A stretch of DNA of 64,000 nt from positions 54,498,001-54,562,000 of the forward strand of contig OX597818.1 of NCBI GenBank assembly GCA_951406725.2. Reading direction: 5' to 3'. A program made the translations under genes and the position numbers. Every line of letters begins with the position of its first letter. The stretch's first letter is position 1. Below the pieces are notes generated by a model, which saw nothing but the letters and a program-made list of their open reading frames with translations, was not told the DNA's origin and did not search any database. Below, piece by piece: positions 57,501 through 64,000 of this stretch. This DNA is from Octopus vulgaris (lineage: Eukaryota).

Positions 57501-58480
57501 ATGATGGCAATGAAAAAAGCGCACGAGCAATTGGCTGATAGGTGGGAGGAGAAACCTCTGCACGGCAAATATGTGACCCGCAGCAAACAAGCTGATGTTG
57601 ACCAGAAGCAAACCCATCAGTGGCTGCGGAGCTCAGGGCTAAAAGCAGAGAGCGAAGGTTTCATCCTGGCTGCTCAAGACCAAAGCCTATTAACCCAGAA
57701 CTACCAGGCCAATGTGATGAAAAATGGAGCAGACCCAAAATGCCGATTCTGCAACGACATGATTGAAACAGTGGACCACCTAATCTCTGGATGTAAAGTC
57801 TTAGCACCAGTGGAGTATAAATTAAGACATGACAGAGTTGGCCAATATCTCCACTGGCTAATAAGTCGGCATTACAATATCAAAACTGCCGACAAGTGGT
57901 ATAATCACCACCCTGAGGCTGTAACTGAAGGAGAAAATGTAACCATTCTGTGGGACTTTCCAGTACATACAGACCGAACCATCAAGGCCAATAAACCAGA
58001 TATTGTTGTGAAAGACCAAAACAATAAAGTTTGCTTATTGATCGACATGAGCATCCCCTGTGATCATAATATCTCAGCGAAGAGTTTGACAAGCTCAGAA
58101 AATATAAAGACCTACTCATTGAAATTAAGAAAATGTGGCATCTCAAGGCGGTTACAATACCAGTGATCGTAGGAGCACTAGGAATGATCAAGAAGGGAAC
58201 CGAAAATTATATGAGAATGATCCTGGCTTACCATCCCTGCAAGAAGTGCAAAAGATTGTCTTAACTGGTACATCACACGTATTGAGAAGAGCATTGTCGA
58301 TGTGAGAACTGTTGCTGCTCATGTATTTTAATTTAACTTTAAAAAAAAAAAAAAAAAATGAACGAACTACTGAGTTTGGTTTAATGGCCTACCAATATAC
58401 ACTATGAGTTTCTTTGCCCTAGGAGTCGGGAAGACACTCGGCAAGAAATGGAAGAAAATTTGAAAGAAGAAAAAAAAAAG
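54510..58480 (+). mobile_element. Near full-length R4/Dong-clade LINE flanked by (TAA)n
   Basis: Single long ORF; 3'UTR ends ACACTCGGCAAGAAATGGAAGAAAATTTGAA (shared with 54189-54220), then A-run and (TAA)n. Confidence 0.93.
54618..58305 (+). CDS. R4/Dong ORF: RT plus CCHC and restriction-like endonuclease (open to 58166; two 1-nt deletions near 58080 and 58222, natural stop at 58303-58305)
   Basis: N-terminal KWTREE motif, NWKSPGKD, YMDD, RAQGGRGL, CRFC/H/C, RHD, PD..D. Corrected frames give KEFDKLRKYKDL..IPVIVGALG..QKIVLTGT. Confidence 0.88.
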
Positions 58481-58499
58481 TAATAATAATAATAATAAC

Positions 58500-58564
<65 letters not shown>

Positions 58565-58567
<3 letters not shown>

Positions 58568-59390
58568 TTTAGTGGCTGACGATATGTGTATTTCTGATCA
58601 TGAGCAGAAGTAGTGGGGGAGCATCATAGCCATGTGTTGAGAGGGATTCTTTGGGGTTTGGATAATTCACCCCTGAAAGCATGGGTGTTTTGTTCAACAT
58701 CCTTAAACAACCTTTATTCAGGGATCATTTGAGTGGGATGGGCTACTCAACCTGAAGAAAATTCTAACTGAGCCCCACCTGCATGGTCATGTGCTGTTTA
58801 TCTTGATATGAGATCACCATGTCGAGCACATATGGTTGTGATGCATGTGCCTGGTGTACACTTATCAGACAGATAGTCATGGTGGGTATACTGCGCTTCG
58901 TATATTTTACCCCAGTGTCACTTTGATGGCATTTACTGCTCTCTCACTCAATAATAATAATAGTGTTATCTCGTACATGTTTTGTCTTGGTGTAGATGAC
59001 GGGCTACAGCAAATATTCTGTTCAATACCACAGATTTGCTTGTCACTTGTTTGACCTTAACCAGTTGAGCATATCCCTTAGTGGCTAACGGTATGTGCAT
59101 CTCTGATCACGAGCAGAAGTAGTGGGGGAACATCATAGCCATGTATTGAGAGAGGAGTTCTTTGGGGTTTGAATAATTCACCTCTGGAAACATGGGTATT
59201 TCGTTCAGCATCTTTAAACAACACTTATTCAAGAACCCTTTGAGCAGGATGGGCTACTCGACCTGAAGAAAATTCTAACTGGGCTCCACCTGCAAGGCCT
59301 AGAGAGGTTTATCTTGATATGAGATCACCATGTCGCGCACATATGGTTGTGATGCATGTGCCTGGTGTACCCTTATCAGACGGGTACACC
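58565..59390. repeat. Two copies of an unclassified ~320-bp repeat (58565-58890 and 59075-59390)
   Basis: Collinear TAGTGGCT.ACG.TATGTG...GAGCAGAAGTAGTGGGGGA.CATCATAGCC...CTTATCAGAC. Confidence 0.8.
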
Positions 59391-59434
59391 ATATACATGT
59401 ATATTTATACCCTAGGGTCGCTGCTCTATCAGTC

Positions 59435-59478
<44 letters not shown>

Positions 59479-59519
59479 CTCTGCAGTACCAGTCAGTGAC
59501 TCTCATGGCTTCTGATCTT

Positions 59520-59692
59520 GAAAGAGTGAAAGAAAGTCGGGGCGAAAGAGTACAACAGGGGTCGCCACCACCCCCTGCCGGAGCCTCGTGGTGCTTTAGG
59601 TGTTTTTCGCTCAATAAACACACACAACGCTCAGTCTGGGAATCGAAACCGCAATCCTCCGACCGCGAGTCCACTGGGCCATTGCGCCTCCA
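59520..59692 (-). mobile_element. tRNA-derived SINE fragment (family of 63779)
   Basis: Reverse complement matches GGAGGCGCAATGGCCCAGTGG...GGTTTCGATTCCCAGAC. Confidence 0.8.
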
Positions 59693-60040
59693 CTGTTGTT
59701 GCTGTTGTCCTTGTTTTCATATTTTTTCCACCTTTACATTCTGAGTTCAAATTTCCCCATTTTCATAGTCGATAAAATAGGCACCAGTCAGACACTGAGA
59801 TCGACTTACCCACTTCTCCCAAACTGCTGGTCTTGTGCCAAAATTAGAAAGCATTATTACAATTTAATAATGTAAACGTGCGCATTTCCACATGTAAAGT
59901 TGCAAAATTAGTATAAATTACAAATGGGAGATTATGGTATATTGTAGTTTTTCATGCAAAAAGCTACGTATACATATTCATATAAGCCTCTCCAAAACGT
60001 CTCTCCTTTTGATTCTCCATTTCTGAGTAATGTTTTTCTA

Positions 60041-60215
60041 TTGGGTTGTCCGGAAAGTTCGTGCCGATTTATAGTAGCTTACATTTCGACTTATTTTAGA
60101 ACATGGTTAAGTCCATAAAATAGGATTTGACTATACCTCCATTTAGAGCACAGCTTAAGCTATCATCTTTTCGTGGAAGAAGGTTTATGTTTCTATAACC
60201 TGTGTTAATTCTGTG
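60041..60215 (+). mobile_element. Possible mariner-type terminus
   Basis: TA-TTGGGTTGTCCGGAAAGTTCGTGCCGATTT resembles mariner TIRs; no partner TIR was seen. Confidence 0.4.
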
Positions 60216-60355
60216 ACTAATTAATTCAGAACTTATTTTTTAAAGGCCTGGTTCTTATTACAGTGACTATTTAGCCGCACCACCCAGTTGGGAAGACGAT
60301 AACAAACCAGCAGCGGTTGTCAAATATATGTGTCACAAAGATATACAAATATATA

Positions 60356-60589
60356 TATTTCTTTATTGCCCACAAGGGACTAAACATAGAGGGGACAAAC
60401 AAGGACAGACAAAGGGATTAAGTCGATTACATCGACCCCAGTGCGTAACTGGTACTTAATTTATCGACTCCGAAAGAATGAAAGGCAAAGTCGACCTCGG
60501 CGGAATTTGAACTCAGAACGTAACGGCAGACGAAATACGGCTACGCATTTCGCCCTGGGTGCTAACGTTTCTGCCAGCTCGCCGCCTTC
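60356..60589 (-). mobile_element. SINE monomer (family of 45345) with 17-bp TSD
   Basis: AGATATACAAATATATA at 60339-60355 and 60590-60606. Confidence 0.85.
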
Positions 60590-60609
60590 AGATATACAAA
60601 TATATAAAC

Positions 60610-60642
<33 letters not shown>

Positions 60643-60945
60643 GCACGGACGCACAACGGGCTTCTTTTAGTTTCCGTCAACCAGATTCATTCACAAGGCC
60701 TTGTGAGACCCGGGGCTCTAGTAAAATGCACTGTCTCCAAGGTTCCTAGCAGTGGGAATGAACCAGAGACCTTGTGGTTGAGAAGCAAGATTCCACACTT
60801 GCGCCTACAAATAATATAGAAATAAAACTAGTAAAAACATAATTAAAAATACTAATATTTAATGGAGGTAACAAAAGCCTAAAACCGTGAGCATTACTAT
60901 TCTGGTGACAGCCAGTGTGCGTGCGTGCGAGCGTGCGAGCGTGCG

Positions 60946-61001
<56 letters not shown>

Positions 61002-61006
61002 TGTGT

Positions 61007-61066
<60 letters not shown>

Positions 61067-61274
61067 TATAGATATACGGGTGTTGAACAAAGCGTGTGTG
61101 GAATATACACAAAAGGCTTGTGGAATGTTTATATAATTTGATGTCTCTTCGCTTATGTCTTTGTGTCCCAATTGGTTTGATTAACGGCAAAAAAGCTTCG
61201 CCCATTTATTTCTTGTTTGCAGACATAAGTGGAGTGTGAATGTATGTATAGGTAAGCGTTTATGTACTTACGAA

Positions 61275-61310
<36 letters not shown>

Positions 61311-61340
61311 TGTATGTATGTATGTATGTATGTGTGCGTA

Positions 61341-61372
<32 letters not shown>

Positions 61373-61555
61373 CATGCATATAAATAATAAGGGTAACTTA
61401 TGCGCAATTTTGTGTATGTGCGTGCGTATATATATATATATATATATATGCATATAAATAATAAGGGTAACTTATGCGCAATTTTGTGTATGTATATATA
61501 TATATATATATATATACGAATATATATATGTATGTATGTGTATGTGTATGTGTAC

Positions 61556-61588
<33 letters not shown>

Positions 61589-61641
61589 CATACATATAAA
61601 TAATAACGGTGGCTTATACGCAATTTTGTGTATGCATGTGC

Positions 61642-61704
<63 letters not shown>

Positions 61705-62529
61705 GTGCACAAGTGTGTACGTACGCTGCTATATGTGTATATAAATATAAAAAAATGAAACAAAAACGCAACAGTGGACAATAAAACATTCGGACAGAGA
61801 GACGATAAAAAGACGGACAGGAGAAACAACAGTTAGGACAGGGAAAAAGAGGACACGTCATTCATGGCCTTCTTTCTTCAGTCAAGTTACCAGGTATCCT
61901 TACTGTTTCTGACAGTTTCACTTGAGATAGTTCAATCTAGTTTTCCAGCAAAAAGTCTAAGCAAAGAGCATTAGATTTTTTGTAAGAAACCTAGCGAATG
62001 TGTACGGCAACAAAGACAAAAAAACGGAGGACATAGTACACAATTACAAATACAAGCAACAAGAATATGACAACAGGTGTCTTTCGGCTGAGAATGAATC
62101 AAATTGAGCTGACGTGTATGAAGTGAAAGCCTAAAGGCAGGAACATCTTTGTTTGTCCCTTCTATGTTTAGCCCCTTGTGGGCAATAAAGAAATACGAGA
62201 GCATAAACAAATCCACCACACACACACACACACATACACACACACACACACACAGATTTCCCACAGCTTCTGTCTACCATATTCACTTACAAGGCAATTG
62301 GTAGGCCCGGTGGTATAGTAGAGGACATTTTTCCCAAGGTTATATACAATGGAGCCGAACTCGAAGTCATGTGTTTGCAATCCATACATACACACACACA
62401 CACACACACACACATACATACATGCATGCATACATACATACATGCATACATACATACATATATGTATGCATACATTCATTCATACATACATACATACATG
62501 CATACATATATGCATACATATACATTACA

Positions 62530-62846
62530 TTATGGCTGCCCCCTCGTTGTCGAGTATGGCCATTGCACTTAGCTTAACTGTTACTGGTGCTGTGATCGAA
62601 TAGGACTTTTTAGCCCAGCTAAAGATCTACAATGTCTTGTACAAAATTGGCAACTAAAACCTTTACCGGTAATAGCCGGCTGTAGTTGTAACTGGGCTTC
62701 ATGTACCTTTGCATGTCGTTTAAGTCCTCCTGCCGAATTACACTCTCTTCCACATGCCCGACAGATATGATTAGTATGGTGTGTAACACCACCACCAGTG
62801 GCCAGGTTGTCACTCATCTGCCTCGCATACATACATACATACATAC

Positions 62847-62908
<62 letters not shown>

Positions 62909-62944
62909 GCATACATACATACAAGCATACATAGATACACACAA

Positions 62945-62975
<31 letters not shown>

Positions 62976-63335
62976 CAAACATACATACATATATATATTA
63001 TGGCTGCCCCCTCGTTATCGAGCATAGTCACTGCACTTAGCTTAACTGTTTATTGGTGCTGTGATCGAATGTGACTTTTTAGCCCAGCTAAAGATCTACA
63101 ATGTCTTGTACAGAATTGGCAACTAATACCTTTACCGGTAATAGCCGGCTGTAGTTGTAACTGGGCTTCATGTACCTTTGCATGTCGTTTAAGTCCTCCT
63201 GCCGAATTACACTCTCTTCCACATGCCTGGCAGATATGATTAGTATGGTGTGTAACGTCACCACCAGTGGCCAGGTTGTCACTCATCTGCCTCGCATACA
63301 TACATACATACATACATACATACATACATACATAC
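62530..63335 (-). mobile_element. Tandem pair of probable RTE-like LINE 3' ends encoding two C2H2 fingers (62530-62826 and 62998-63295)
   Basis: HICRACGRECNSAGGLKRHAKVH...FSCQFCTRHCRSLAGLKSHIRSQH*, then a short UTR ending in hairpin CTCG-ACAA-CGAG and (ATGT)n. Both copies start at the same point. Confidence 0.6.
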
Positions 63336-63778
63336 ATTCGAGGATTACAGATCCAAGCCATCACTGGAGCAGTAAAAATCTGTAGAATTTTCCAAAAGTT
63401 TATCATTTCCAGAAGTTTATCTCTAGACATGCAACAATATGCATGAGAAAATATGCATAAAACAAAACATGCAGATCCGCACATGCACTGAATCCAAAAA
63501 CTGCACATATAAACATACATACATGCAAAAGAACCCTGCTGATGTTGTTGAAAGTCCAACGAAGAAGCCTTGGAACTAGGTTAGAAACCGGCTCTTTCTC
63601 TATTGACAAGAACTCGTAAAATGAAACTAAATAATGACACACACGCTCACACACAAACACACACACACATACACTGACATACACACACACACATATATAC
63701 ATACATAAGTCAAAGATGTTTTAACAGTAGAACGATTCACATATATCTATTTCTTATCGAACACCGTTACACAATGAA

Positions 63779-64000
63779 GGAGGCGCAATGGCCCAGTGGT
63801 TAGGGCAGCGGACTCGCGGTCGTAGGATCGCGGTTTCGATTCCCAGACCGGGCGTTGTGAGTGTTTATTGAGCGAAAACACCTAAAAGCTCCACGAGGCT
63901 CCGGCAGGGGGGTGGTGGTGATCCCTGCTGTACTCTTTCACCACAACTTTCTCTCACTCTTACTTCCTGTTTCTGTTGTACCTCTATTTCAAAGGGCCGG
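63779..64000 (+). mobile_element. tRNA-derived SINE (runs off the window)
   Basis: GGAGGCGCAATGGCCCAGTGGTTAGGGCAGCGGACTCGCGGTCG...GGTTTCGATTCCC followed by a non-tRNA body. Confidence 0.85.

Noticed and set aside
63779-63855. Genuine tRNA gene (also about 31135-31209 and 49578-49650)
   Set aside because: A/B boxes are present, but the cloverleaf is imperfect and each continues into a repeated SINE body, some with TSDs.

Overview
AT-rich, microsatellite-saturated animal DNA. The SINE, LINE and Penelope content is most consistent with an octopod cephalopod (inference, not verified). The only host genes are a tandem array of caspase-3/7-like executioner caspases with single-exon CDSs: intact copies at 1396-2256 and 22358-23230, a truncated pseudogene at about 8993-9743, and an older orphan copy of the upstream region at about 15800-16141. 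The two intact proteins differ at roughly 17% of residues, including the substrate loops, the QACRG motif and the linker cleavage site, while their upstream flanks differ by only a few percent. The rest is mobile DNA: two Penelope-like elements (one with 1.2-kb inverted arms), many Penelope-type termini carrying hammerhead ribozyme motifs next to (AT)n, three R4/Dong LINEs in (TAA)n, RTE and CR1/L2-group LINEs, Tc1/mariner remnants and tRNA-derived SINEs, including a TSD-flanked 6 x 184 bp SINE multimer. All counts and alignments were done by eye, and no databases were searched.
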